This document shows positions 8,438 through 17,749 of a stretch of 64,000 nucleotides of DNA, piece by piece (position 1 is the stretch's first letter; each line of letters starts with the position of its first letter). Origin of the DNA: an uncultured Pseudomonadota bacterium. GTDB taxonomy: Bacteria; Pseudomonadota; Alphaproteobacteria; Rs-D84. The DNA lies in contig CADBDF010000002.1 of assembly GCA_902793435.1 (NCBI GenBank), forward strand, positions 71,623 to 135,622, given 5' to 3'. The notes beneath the pieces are model-generated. The model had not been told where the DNA came from. It did not search any database and was given only the letters and a program-made list of their open reading frames with translations. The translations under genes and the position numbers were made by a program.

Positions 8438-11400
8438 GTGATAAAATTTAATCGTGTTTTTATTGGCTCTGTATTATTTATGCCGGGTGCGTTGTTTGCG
8501 GCGCCGGGGACTGATTTTAATATGGCAGCGGAATTATTGTCGGCGGCGCGCAATGGAAATACTCGTCTGGTTCAAAATTTAATTAACAGTGGTGCCAATG
8601 TAAATTATGTCGATTCGACCGGGGTGTCTGTGGTTTGTACCGCGATTATGAATAATGATATTCGTGCAGTTCAGGTTTTGCAAATGTATGGTGCCGATGC
8701 ATCACAATGCGACAGACAGATAAAAAATTATCGTGCGCGTAATAATCCAACGGCGGATACTGGGTTGTTTTCTGGTTTGTCGTCGTCGCATAAATTGTTG
8801 TTGGCAACTGCTGGGGGGGCGGCGATAATTGGTGGATTGTTGTGGGCAACAGATGCGTTTGAAGATGATAATAGGAACAGTTCTTCGTCCAGTAATTCTG
8901 GTGGTCATACCAGTGGCGGTTCGGGTTCTGGTGGGTCAAATTCTGGTTTGACGGCGGCTTGGACTGTGCCGTATGGACCGGCAATGATGACAACAACCGG
9001 TGCGGTTAGTGATTTATATAATTATGATGAATCACTGGATTTTTACAGCAGTGATGATTTTGCAAATACTTTTAATTTTATGAATGCAAATGGTAATTAT
9101 TTGTTGATGATGCATGGGTATGCACCTTTTGCGCGTGGGTATATGGGGCAAACAACTTTGCGTTATGCGAATAATAATAATTTGCCTGTGCCATCATCGG
9201 TATATGGTGCCATGCAGTTGAGTGATGCAGAGGTGTCTGGTGGAATTCCAATAAATGTCGCATTGATAACCGCAAACGGAATAAATGCGGCGGCAAATAC
9301 TTCGTTGGCAGATAGATTTTTCTTGTGGTCCAAGGTTAATGGAACATCTGTGTTAAATGCGTCAAATACAATGATTTCCAGTAAGTATTTTAATAATACG
9401 GTGACACTTGGTTCAGGCGAGGCCGGTGATACCAAAATCGCAGATGATACGGTCACAGAAATAGGTTCATTTGATTTGTCTGGAAATAATAAGGCAATAC
9501 ATAATACATCTGCGACAGGTGACGATAATTTATTGGCAAAGATTGTTGGCGGTTATACATCTGGTAATTTTGATGGTGATGCAAATAGTGAAACTCCTGG
9601 TGATTTTGTCGGCTTTTTACCAAATGGACAAATGACCATTTACAGAACAGGTGGGGCGACAATGCCTTACTATTACAATTATACAGCATTAAATGACGCG
9701 GCGGCAAGGGCGGTGATAAATTCTTCAACGGATTTGCAAAATGTGTTTGCAGATTATGGTCGCGCCAAGGTTAGTGTGATTGCAAATCTTGATGTTATTG
9801 AACCGTTGTATAATGTTGGTGCCAAAACTGTGGCTGATATTGTTAGTTTGTCATCTGCGGATTATGAAAATAATTTTTATAGTTGGATTGCGGCTGCCTA
9901 TGGAAATGGGGACACAACAACTGTAACCCAGAATTCATTGAAACAAAGTGTGCAATCATTTTTCTCTGGGTTGGGAACGAATTATTTCCCGATAACTGTT
10001 TTTTCGGCGGGTGGTGTTGAAACAGATAGTGTTTATTCTGGACAATCAAAGGTTGCAACGGTTGAAAATGTTGCGCCGTTGATATTTACGGGGGCTAATA
10101 AATTATTTATGTCTGTGGTTGCGGTGAATTTGCCAACAGGTTCAACAGCATCTGCTTCCAGTATTAGTGGCTTTACACCAAATACGACATATAGATTATC
10201 ACAATGGCAATCTGGAACGGTTGCGAATCCTGAATATTATAAGTCGCGTATTTGTGGAATTGCAGGAACAGGAACATCGTCTGTGGATCCATGGTGTTTT
10301 GCCGCCGCAGGAAACAATGATGAACAGGCAACGGCTGCCGCCGCCGGTGCCGCCGGTGCGGTTAAGGCTGCGTTTAGTTATATGGATAATAAAAATATAT
10401 TTACTTTGTTGGCTTTGACCGCTGATGGTGCGTATTTGGGAACCAATCCTGCGGATAATAAGGCATGGGGAACAACCGCGGAATCTGCGACGGCTGCGTT
10501 GGTTTCTTATTTGTCGTCAATGTATTCTTTGCCAACAGATTATCAAACATATGTTGATAATGGAACAATGTCTTACCTAGATGCGTTTAAACAGGTCTTT
10601 GGTTATGGATTGATAAATTTAGACAGGGCGGTGACACCTGGAAAATCGGTGTATTATTATACAAATGGTAAAATTGTGTCTGCGGCGGGAAATGCGTATT
10701 GGCGCGTGGCAACAAATTCAATGGCGCGTATGTCAAGTGCGTTCGGTGCGCGTGCGGCAACTGTGCCTGTATCGTTCTATGATGTTGTGACGGCGGCGGA
10801 TAATTCTGTTTCTGTGCCACGTGTTTGGAATATGGAATTATCTTTGGGAACTGATGTATCGCATGGGTTATATTTGGGTGATACTTTGGCGGAATTAAAA
10901 ACACATGATGTTGATAATACTGTTGCGGTTGGAAATTTCAAATTTGGGTTGGCACGCAGTGAAAAATATTATGACGATAATATGGGTGGAATTGACGATT
11001 TGTCTGTGGAATATAATAATGACCGTTTTGGTTTTGTATCAAATTATCAACATTATTTAACAGATGGTATGGGACGGTTTAGTGGAAATGCTAATCCTGT
11101 ATTATCGTTGGTTTCAAATGCTGTATCAACGGGTGCAGAATTTAAATCTGGACGTTTTGCGATAATGGGGCGTGGGTTCGTTGGTGAAATTACAAATGAT
11201 GATTTGTTGGAAAATGACCCGGTGATATCAAATAATTTTGCGGCGGCAAAATTGGGTGATGTGCTGGGTGCTGAATCAGGTTTGCGCTTTAATGGTGAAA
11301 AGTTAGCATTGGCAACAAATATTGGAAATATGCGTGAATCTGGGACTGTGTTAGGGGGACAGTTCGTTGGATTGTTGGGTGGTGCCGATACAAATTATGT

Positions 11401-11854
11401 TGATGCAACATTGAAATATAATATCGCACCTGATGTGGATTTTGCATTACGTGGAACATTTGCTTGGACCGATACAGATGTTGTGTCAAACGGAATTATA
11501 AACGGAATTAGTGAATTGAAGTCTAATGCGTATGCGGCAAATGTGCGGTTTAAAAATTTTGATTTGACTGTGTCTGCGCCATTGGCATTGATTGATGGGC
11601 GATTGAATTATTCACATGCAGATTTTATTGTTGATGATAATAATAATTTGCAAATTAAAAATGCTGGTGAATATGCAATTGATTTAACACCAGAAAAAAG
11701 AGAATATAGGTTTAACGCGTCATATCGTCATAAGTTTGGTGATTGGACAGATGGTGCGCTGGGATTTATATATCGCGTGCATCCAAATAATACAGATGCG
11801 TTTGGGAATGAATCAATATTTATGATGAAATTGTCACATCGGTTGGGAATATAA
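8438..11854 (+). CDS. Large exported protein: N-terminal ankyrin repeats, a subtilase-like (apparently degenerate) passenger, and a C-terminal beta-barrel (autotransporter-like)
   Basis: It uses a GTG start after RBS agagagag. The signal peptide is FIGSVLFMPGALFAAP. The ankyrin motif is LLSAARNGNTRLVQNLINSGANVNYVDSTG...MYGADAS. The S8-like tail is FGYGLINLDRAV. The last ~280 aa alternate hydrophobic and polar residues. Confidence 0.75.
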   Translation: MIKFNRVFIGSVLFMPGALFAAPGTDFNMAAELLSAARNGNTRLVQNLINSGANVNYVDSTGVSVVCTAIMNNDIRAVQVLQMYGADASQCDRQIKNYRARNNPTADTGLFSGLSSSHKLLLATAGGAAIIGGLLWATDAFEDDNRNSSSSSNSGGHTSGGSGSGGSNSGLTAAWTVPYGPAMMTTTGAVSDLYNYDESLDFYSSDDFANTFNFMNANGNYLLMMHGYAPFARGYMGQTTLRYANNNNLPVPSSVYGAMQLSDAEVSGGIPINVALITANGINAAANTSLADRFFLWSKVNGTSVLNASNTMISSKYFNNTVTLGSGEAGDTKIADDTVTEIGSFDLSGNNKAIHNTSATGDDNLLAKIVGGYTSGNFDGDANSETPGDFVGFLPNGQMTIYRTGGATMPYYYNYTALNDAAARAVINSSTDLQNVFADYGRAKVSVIANLDVIEPLYNVGAKTVADIVSLSSADYENNFYSWIAAAYGNGDTTTVTQNSLKQSVQSFFSGLGTNYFPITVFSAGGVETDSVYSGQSKVATVENVAPLIFTGANKLFMSVVAVNLPTGSTASASSISGFTPNTTYRLSQWQSGTVANPEYYKSRICGIAGTGTSSVDPWCFAAAGNNDEQATAAAAGAAGAVKAAFSYMDNKNIFTLLALTADGAYLGTNPADNKAWGTTAESATAALVSYLSSMYSLPTDYQTYVDNGTMSYLDAFKQVFGYGLINLDRAVTPGKSVYYYTNGKIVSAAGNAYWRVATNSMARMSSAFGARAATVPVSFYDVVTAADNSVSVPRVWNMELSLGTDVSHGLYLGDTLAELKTHDVDNTVAVGNFKFGLARSEKYYDDNMGGIDDLSVEYNNDRFGFVSNYQHYLTDGMGRFSGNANPVLSLVSNAVSTGAEFKSGRFAIMGRGFVGEITNDDLLENDPVISNNFAAAKLGDVLGAESGLRFNGEKLALATNIGNMRESGTVLGGQFVGLLGGADTNYVDATLKYNIAPDVDFALRGTFAWTDTDVVSNGIINGISELKSNAYAANVRFKNFDLTVSAPLALIDGRLNYSHADFIVDDNNNLQIKNAGEYAIDLTPEKREYRFNASYRHKFGDWTDGALGFIYRVHPNNTDAFGNESIFMMKLSHRLGI

Positions 11855-11856
11855 AA

Positions 11857-11881
11857 ACTCGCCAAACGGCGAGTTTTTTTA
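11857..11881 (+). terminator. Intrinsic terminator
   Basis: The stem actcgcc/ggcgagt is followed by a T-run. Confidence 0.7.
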
Positions 11882-11929
11882 TAGCATTTTTTATGTGTAT
11901 GAATATAATTCGTAATAGAGGTTTAGTAA

Positions 11930-12370
11930 ATGAGAGTATTACTTTTGTTATTTTGTATGTTTTTGTATGGTTGTGCTACTCCGCATGCGAGTTTTGAAAC
12001 AGAACAACTTAAAACGAATGAAGTTTTGGGTGCGGGGTATGAAAAATTAGATGGTAAATTATATCGTATATTTTGTGGTGGTAATGGTTATGCTGATTAT
12101 TCGTTTGTAAAAAATACGTGCATGTATAATACAGCTAAATTTGTAGACGAACATGGTTATAAGTATTTTTCAATGTTGGTGAATACTGGTGATACAGATA
12201 AAAGTACGAGTGGGTATGTATCTAATGGTATGTTTATTCCGTATGAAATAGTAAAGCATTCGCAATATTATACGATTTTGTTTTTGACTAAAGAAGAAAC
12301 AAAGAAAGCTTCAAATTTTTATAAAGTGTCTGATTATTATGAAAAAGATGAGATAAACCAAAAGGAGTAA
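11930..12370 (+). CDS. Putative lipoprotein, hypothetical
   Basis: MRVLLLLFCMFLYGC has a lipobox-like LYGC. Confidence 0.55.
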   Translation: MRVLLLLFCMFLYGCATPHASFETEQLKTNEVLGAGYEKLDGKLYRIFCGGNGYADYSFVKNTCMYNTAKFVDEHGYKYFSMLVNTGDTDKSTSGYVSNGMFIPYEIVKHSQYYTILFLTKEETKKASNFYKVSDYYEKDEINQKE

Positions 12371-12372
12371 AA

Positions 12373-12741
12373 ATGAAAAAGTTTTTGGTATTTGTTTTGG
12401 GATTTGTTAGTGGAATTGTTTTTGCATTAGGGTTGTTGTTTATAGTGTCATCTGTTATAGATAAGCACGATGTAAATTTTTTTGAACAACCTGGTGAGTG
12501 CTTGATTAGTAAATCAAGTCTAAAGGTATTTCAGGTTATAGAACCCAATGTTGCATTAGCTGTTATCAATGGTGAATGGGCGTCAGGTGTTTATCTTTTG
12601 GTGAACTCTGAAGGTAAAATGTATTATGATGACCAAATTATTAAATTACCGGCTGGAAAGTGTTTTAAGCAAATTGGTACATATAAGTATCCAACAAAAG
12701 ATGATAGTTTGAAAACAGTTCCTGTTGTGAAAATAATGTAA
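12373..12741 (+). CDS. Signal-anchored hypothetical protein
   Basis: It starts 3 nt after the previous stop and has an N-terminal TM helix, FLVFVLGFVSGIVFALGLLFIV. Confidence 0.55.
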   Translation: MKKFLVFVLGFVSGIVFALGLLFIVSSVIDKHDVNFFEQPGECLISKSSLKVFQVIEPNVALAVINGEWASGVYLLVNSEGKMYYDDQIIKLPAGKCFKQIGTYKYPTKDDSLKTVPVVKIM

Positions 12742-12752
12742 ATTGAATAAAA

Positions 12753-12778
12753 AACTCGCCATCTGGCGAGTTTTATTT
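12753..12778 (+). terminator. Intrinsic terminator
   Basis: The stem actcgcc/ggcgagt is followed by a T-run. Confidence 0.65.
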
Positions 12779-12930
12779 ATTGTGTTCGATTCTGTCATAA
12801 AAATTTTTGTCCGCCTTCGCCGATAAATGTGAAATATGATGCCAGATTACGAACAATGCTACGGCGCGGCACTCAATTTTGTTAAATAAAAAATCGCCAG
12901 ACTGGACGATTTTTTATTTAACAAAATTGG

Positions 12931-13062
12931 TGGTGGCTCTGATCGGATTGTATATTTCCACTCGTTTTACTCGCGGACCCTTTTCGTCTCGTAAGACTCG
13001 AACTGCGTTGGTACTTGTTCTCGTCAACTATCGACTCCGAACCGCATCGGTTCGATTCCGAT
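12931..13062. repeat. tRNA-Leu-derived fragments: a direct copy of the 3' end and an inverted copy of the T-arm
   Basis: The sequence tggtggctctgatcgga (12931-12947) is identical to 13123-13139. The sequence atcggttcgattccgat (13046-13062) is the reverse complement of the tRNA-Leu T-arm. Confidence 0.5.
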
Positions 13063-13084
13063 AAGTAAGGGTGACTTAAGATAT

Positions 13085-13110
13085 AAAAAAATACCATCTT
13101 GCGATGGTAT
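13085..13110 (-). terminator. Intrinsic terminator downstream of tRNA-Leu
   Basis: The stem ataccatc/gatggtat is followed by a T-run on the minus strand. Confidence 0.65.
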
Positions 13111-13122
13111 TTCCTTATATCT

Positions 13123-13207
13123 TGGTGGCTCTGATCGGAATCGAACCGATACTCATTGCTGAACTTGATTTTGAGTCAAGCGCGTCTACCAGTTCCGCCA
13201 CAGAGCC
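13123..13207 (-). tRNA. tRNA-Leu (anticodon CAA), long variable arm, CCA encoded
   Basis: The reverse complement folds as a cloverleaf: acceptor GGCTCTG/CAGAGCC, anticodon loop CTCAAAA, T-arm ATCGG-TTCGATT-CCGAT. Length is 85 nt. Confidence 0.9.
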
Positions 13208-13227
13208 AACTTACCGCAACTGCGTGA

Positions 13228-13596
13228 TTATTTTGCAGTTTTCGCGGAAACTTTTTTAACCAAACGGGCAGAACGATTTGCCTTGCGAACAGGTTTTTTC
13301 GCAGGCGTTGAAGCCTTGCCGTTTTTCTTTTCAATGGCACGTTTAATTGCAGCCATTTCATCGGTTAAACGCGATACAGGTTTTGCCATTACGTATCCGT
13401 CCAAACCGCCATGTTTTGTCAAAGTACGCAAACCAGCGGTTGAAATACGCAATGAAAAATCGCGACCTAAAATATCACTATGAAACTTTAATTTTTGTAA
13501 ATTTGGTAAAAATGTACGTTTGGTCTTGCGTTCCGAATGGGACACATTGTGACCAACAGTTGTTTTTTTACCAGTAACATCACATACACGTGGCAT
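13228..13596 (-). CDS. rpmB: 50S ribosomal protein L28 with a Lys-rich C-terminal extension
   Basis: MPRVCDVTGKKTTVGHNVSHSERKTKRTFLPNLQ matches the L28 signature. Confidence 0.9.
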   Translation of the reverse strand: MPRVCDVTGKKTTVGHNVSHSERKTKRTFLPNLQKLKFHSDILGRDFSLRISTAGLRTLTKHGGLDGYVMAKPVSRLTDEMAAIKRAIEKKNGKASTPAKKPVRKANRSARLVKKVSAKTAK

Positions 13597-13690
13597 AACT
13601 TAAATCCTTTAATTGCAGGGCATAATTTATAACAAAAATATGAATAAGTCAAGTAAAATAAAAAAAATACAAAAACGAATCGGTTTTATG

Positions 13691-13897
13691 TCATTTTCGT
13701 ATCGCGATATACAGACCAATCAGCCAACCAATTCCAGTCCAACCGAATAGCCAACTGTAAATACGAACCCAGCCCATTTGCTGTTTGTCTTTTTTTGTTT
13801 GGCGTGCAATCCATGCCGGTGCCAACGCAATCACCACAATCATTGTGATTGCCAATGTATATTTAGAGTATAATAAAATAATCCCGACCCAGTCCAT
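13691..13897 (-). CDS. Small membrane protein resembling the superinfection-immunity (Imm_superinfect-like) family
   Basis: The motif is LFGWTGIGWLIGLYIAI. The start is placed at ATG 13897 because the upstream part of the listed ORF is the eno terminator hairpin. Confidence 0.5.
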   Translation of the reverse strand: MDWVGIILLYSKYTLAITMIVVIALAPAWIARQTKKDKQQMGWVRIYSWLFGWTGIGWLIGLYIAIRK

Positions 13898-13906
13898 TTT
13901 TTTATC

Positions 13907-13930
13907 AAAAAGGGGGCTTAATTGCCCCCC
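13907..13930 (-). terminator. Intrinsic terminator of eno
   Basis: The minus strand reads ggggggc-aattaa-gccccc followed by ttttt. Confidence 0.65.
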
Positions 13931-13950
13931 ATTACATTTTTTCGTGGTCA

Positions 13951-15267
<1,317 letters not shown>

Positions 15268-15327
15268 TTATCGCATAAATAAAATTTGGTTTCAAGTGTA
15301 TTTTTTATTTTTTTATGTGTTTTTTTA

Positions 15328-15336
15328 TGATATAAT
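15328..15336 (+). promoter_or_regulatory. Extended -10 promoter element (TGaTATAAT)
   Basis: The sequence tgatataat lies upstream of 15373, with RBS aaagggga in between. Confidence 0.4.
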
Positions 15337-15372
15337 ATTTGCGTGAGATAAAACCAAAGGGGAAAGAGAATT

Positions 15373-16215
15373 ATGAAAAAAATTACGTACGTATTCATGG
15401 TTTTTGCGATGTTTGCCGGGGTCGCGGGGGCTGCACCGGAAACTGCACGTCGTTCTATGGTTGCGCAAAATGTGATGCCGGCACCACGTTCGGTGACGAT
15501 AAATGCACCGGCGGTTGTAAAAACATCTGGCGCGGTTGCAACAACAGAACAGGCAAAATCCAGTATAAAGTTTGATTCAACCGAACCTGGCGGTGTTGCG
15601 GCGGCCAAAGATATGCGTGAAAAAGAAAGAACCGCGTGTATGAGCAATAATATCGGTGTTGGAAATACTTTTGTGTGGGCATCACGCAACAGTAATATCA
15701 GCAATTATTCATCTATGGTGGAAGATACAGACAATCCATCAAACAATGTTTGTTTTGTGCGTGTTGAGTTGAAATCAAATGATTCACGTATAAATGTTGC
15801 GGACTTTGGTGGTCGTTATTTTGAAATGGGTCGCAATATAACATGCGGTTCATGGGCAGATGAAGAAAAATTGAAACAACGTATTTTGGATGCAAAGAAA
15901 TCTGCGCGGACATGGGCAACCGTTGGTGGTGCGGTTGGTGGTGCAGCCATTGGTGTTGGTTCAATGGAATTGTTTGGTAATAAATTAATTGGTGGAAAAG
16001 TCCAAGGTCAAAAGAACGAAAAATTGAGTGAAAATGAGTTATTTGAATCACAGTTGTTGGTTTTGAAAAAAGATAATAAATCTTTGTATAACAAAATAAT
16101 AACTGAATTAAAAACAATCAAAGCCGAATGCGAAAAAATTGAATTGGCCAGTGAAAGACCAGATGATTGCAAAAAATATGATTACGACAGATTATTGATG
16201 ACCGAAGGCAAGTAA
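15373..16215 (+). CDS. Secreted protein with a glycine-zipper helix, hypothetical
   Basis: The signal peptide is MKKITYVFMVFAMFAGVAGAAP. The motif AAPETARRSMVAQ resembles AAAPRSMVAG of the 1944 protein. The Gly-zipper is TVGGAVGGAAIGVGSMELFG. Confidence 0.65.
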   Translation: MKKITYVFMVFAMFAGVAGAAPETARRSMVAQNVMPAPRSVTINAPAVVKTSGAVATTEQAKSSIKFDSTEPGGVAAAKDMREKERTACMSNNIGVGNTFVWASRNSNISNYSSMVEDTDNPSNNVCFVRVELKSNDSRINVADFGGRYFEMGRNITCGSWADEEKLKQRILDAKKSARTWATVGGAVGGAAIGVGSMELFGNKLIGGKVQGQKNEKLSENELFESQLLVLKKDNKSLYNKIITELKTIKAECEKIELASERPDDCKKYDYDRLLMTEGK

Positions 16216-16247
16216 TCATAAAAGAGATTAAATAAAGGGAGAATGAA

Positions 16248-17609
16248 ATGCGTTTTTATAAATTGTTATTGATGGTACCAGTTGTGATGATGGGGTTTGC
16301 CACGACAAATGTGATGGCTGCTAAGACTTGTGGGCCAGAAGTGTTGGGATATTCTGGAAATCAAGATCCTGATGATAACGAGTTTTTATATGCCAATAAA
16401 TCACAATTTGATGCGGCAATGGCGGGATATAAAAACACAAATCATACAACTTCTGGTAGCGGTAAAGGTTACGAATGTGATAATGAGCACTGCAGTCATG
16501 CATCCATTGTTGATATGCCTGCGGGGCACGTGTTTAAAGGGAAGGTTATAAATCATAAAGAAACGTATCAATGTCAAGCTAATAAGTGGGATGATTTTGA
16601 CGATTATTGGTATCCTGTTGGTAAAGGAGTGTGTCATGCTGGCAAAACTTATGGGGATATAAGTGTAGGAAAAATGCATAATGGTAGGTTGTCAAAAGAA
16701 GAATGCAGTGGTTTTGAACTTACTGACGACTTAGGGGTTGAATTTGAGTTGATTTGCAGAGAAGGACCAAAATTAGTCTGCAAAGCGATGAAATGTCGTG
16801 ACGGCTTCAAAGCGGATAATGGTAAATGTGTAGCGGATAACAAGGTTGCTCCAACGCCAAATCCAGAACCGCAACCAAAGCCAGATCCAGATCAAAAGAA
16901 AAAAGGCGGTGGTGACGGTTTCAGTTGCTATGCAGATCCACGTCGGACAAATGCGGAATTAAAAGGTTGTTGTGATATAAACCCCAGTGAGGCAATGCCA
17001 AACTGGACAACTGGGAAATGTGTTTGCTCGGATCCGACTAAAAAGTTTGCTTTTGATTCCAAAGGTAAAGGAACATGTGTTGCCAAAGATACTGTGGTCG
17101 AAAAACCAAAGTGTGATTGTTCTACCAAGGTGACGGTTATCACAGCGGCAACTTCTGCATGTGGTAGTAGTAATGCAACTGTGACACAGGCTATTACAAC
17201 AATTAACGCTGAATGCGGTAAATCCAGTGACCAGTGCGATGGAACAACTTATCAACAGGCTGTGACTGTGATTAACGAAATCATCGCCAGTGGTGGATGC
17301 AAAAAACCGGTCGAACCAGAAAAACCACAAATCGATGAAAAACGTTTGGCGGCGGCGGTCGAAGCGATTGATAAATACCGTTCCGGTTTAGATGTGTCTG
17401 TGTGGAAAGACAAAGAGGGTAATTTCAATACTGCACGTTTGGTATCGGATTCTATCGCGGGTGTTGTGTTGGGTACCGCCGGTGGTTTGATAACGTCCAG
17501 TGTTGTTAAAAAGAATCAAGTTAAATCTGGATTCGAAGATGTCGTTTGCACAATCGGTGGTCAAACCGTTGGTAGTTATGGCGACGAAATATCTGTGGGA
17601 ATCCAATAA
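16248..17609 (+). CDS. Secreted cysteine-rich protein with a Pro-X linker and a C-terminal glycine-zipper module
   Basis: The signal peptide is MRFYKLLLMVPVVMMGFATTNVMA. It has PTPNPEPQPKPDPD and IAGVVLGTAGGLITSSVV followed by VVCTIGGQTVGSYG. Confidence 0.7.
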   Translation: MRFYKLLLMVPVVMMGFATTNVMAAKTCGPEVLGYSGNQDPDDNEFLYANKSQFDAAMAGYKNTNHTTSGSGKGYECDNEHCSHASIVDMPAGHVFKGKVINHKETYQCQANKWDDFDDYWYPVGKGVCHAGKTYGDISVGKMHNGRLSKEECSGFELTDDLGVEFELICREGPKLVCKAMKCRDGFKADNGKCVADNKVAPTPNPEPQPKPDPDQKKKGGGDGFSCYADPRRTNAELKGCCDINPSEAMPNWTTGKCVCSDPTKKFAFDSKGKGTCVAKDTVVEKPKCDCSTKVTVITAATSACGSSNATVTQAITTINAECGKSSDQCDGTTYQQAVTVINEIIASGGCKKPVEPEKPQIDEKRLAAAVEAIDKYRSGLDVSVWKDKEGNFNTARLVSDSIAGVVLGTAGGLITSSVVKKNQVKSGFEDVVCTIGGQTVGSYGDEISVGIQ

Positions 17610-17632
17610 GATTTTTGCAAAAAGAAACAAAA

Positions 17633-17655
17633 AAACCGCTTCGGCGGTTTTTTTG
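17633..17655 (+). terminator. Intrinsic terminator
   Basis: The sequence is accgc-ttcg-gcggt followed by a T-run. Confidence 0.7.
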
Positions 17656-17664
17656 TTGTGAAAA

Positions 17665-17690
17665 TTTGATAAATATTTCTTTTCCTATAT
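17665..17690 (+). promoter_or_regulatory. Candidate heat-shock (sigma32-type) promoter of clpB
   Basis: The sequence is tttgat ... cctatat with a ~13-nt spacer. A similar CTTGAAA ... CTATAT arrangement lies upstream of lon. Confidence 0.35.
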
Positions 17691-17749
17691 CTATTGAATT
17701 TTTGTTGGTGTGAATTATATATACCCTTGATAAAAAAAGAGGTGATTTT

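Noticed and set aside
12879-13064. A 61-aa plus-strand ORF between the 12373 gene and tRNA-Leu.
   Set aside because: It spans two terminator hairpins and the tRNA-Leu-derived fragments. It has no RBS, and its sequence is explained by the repeat fragments.
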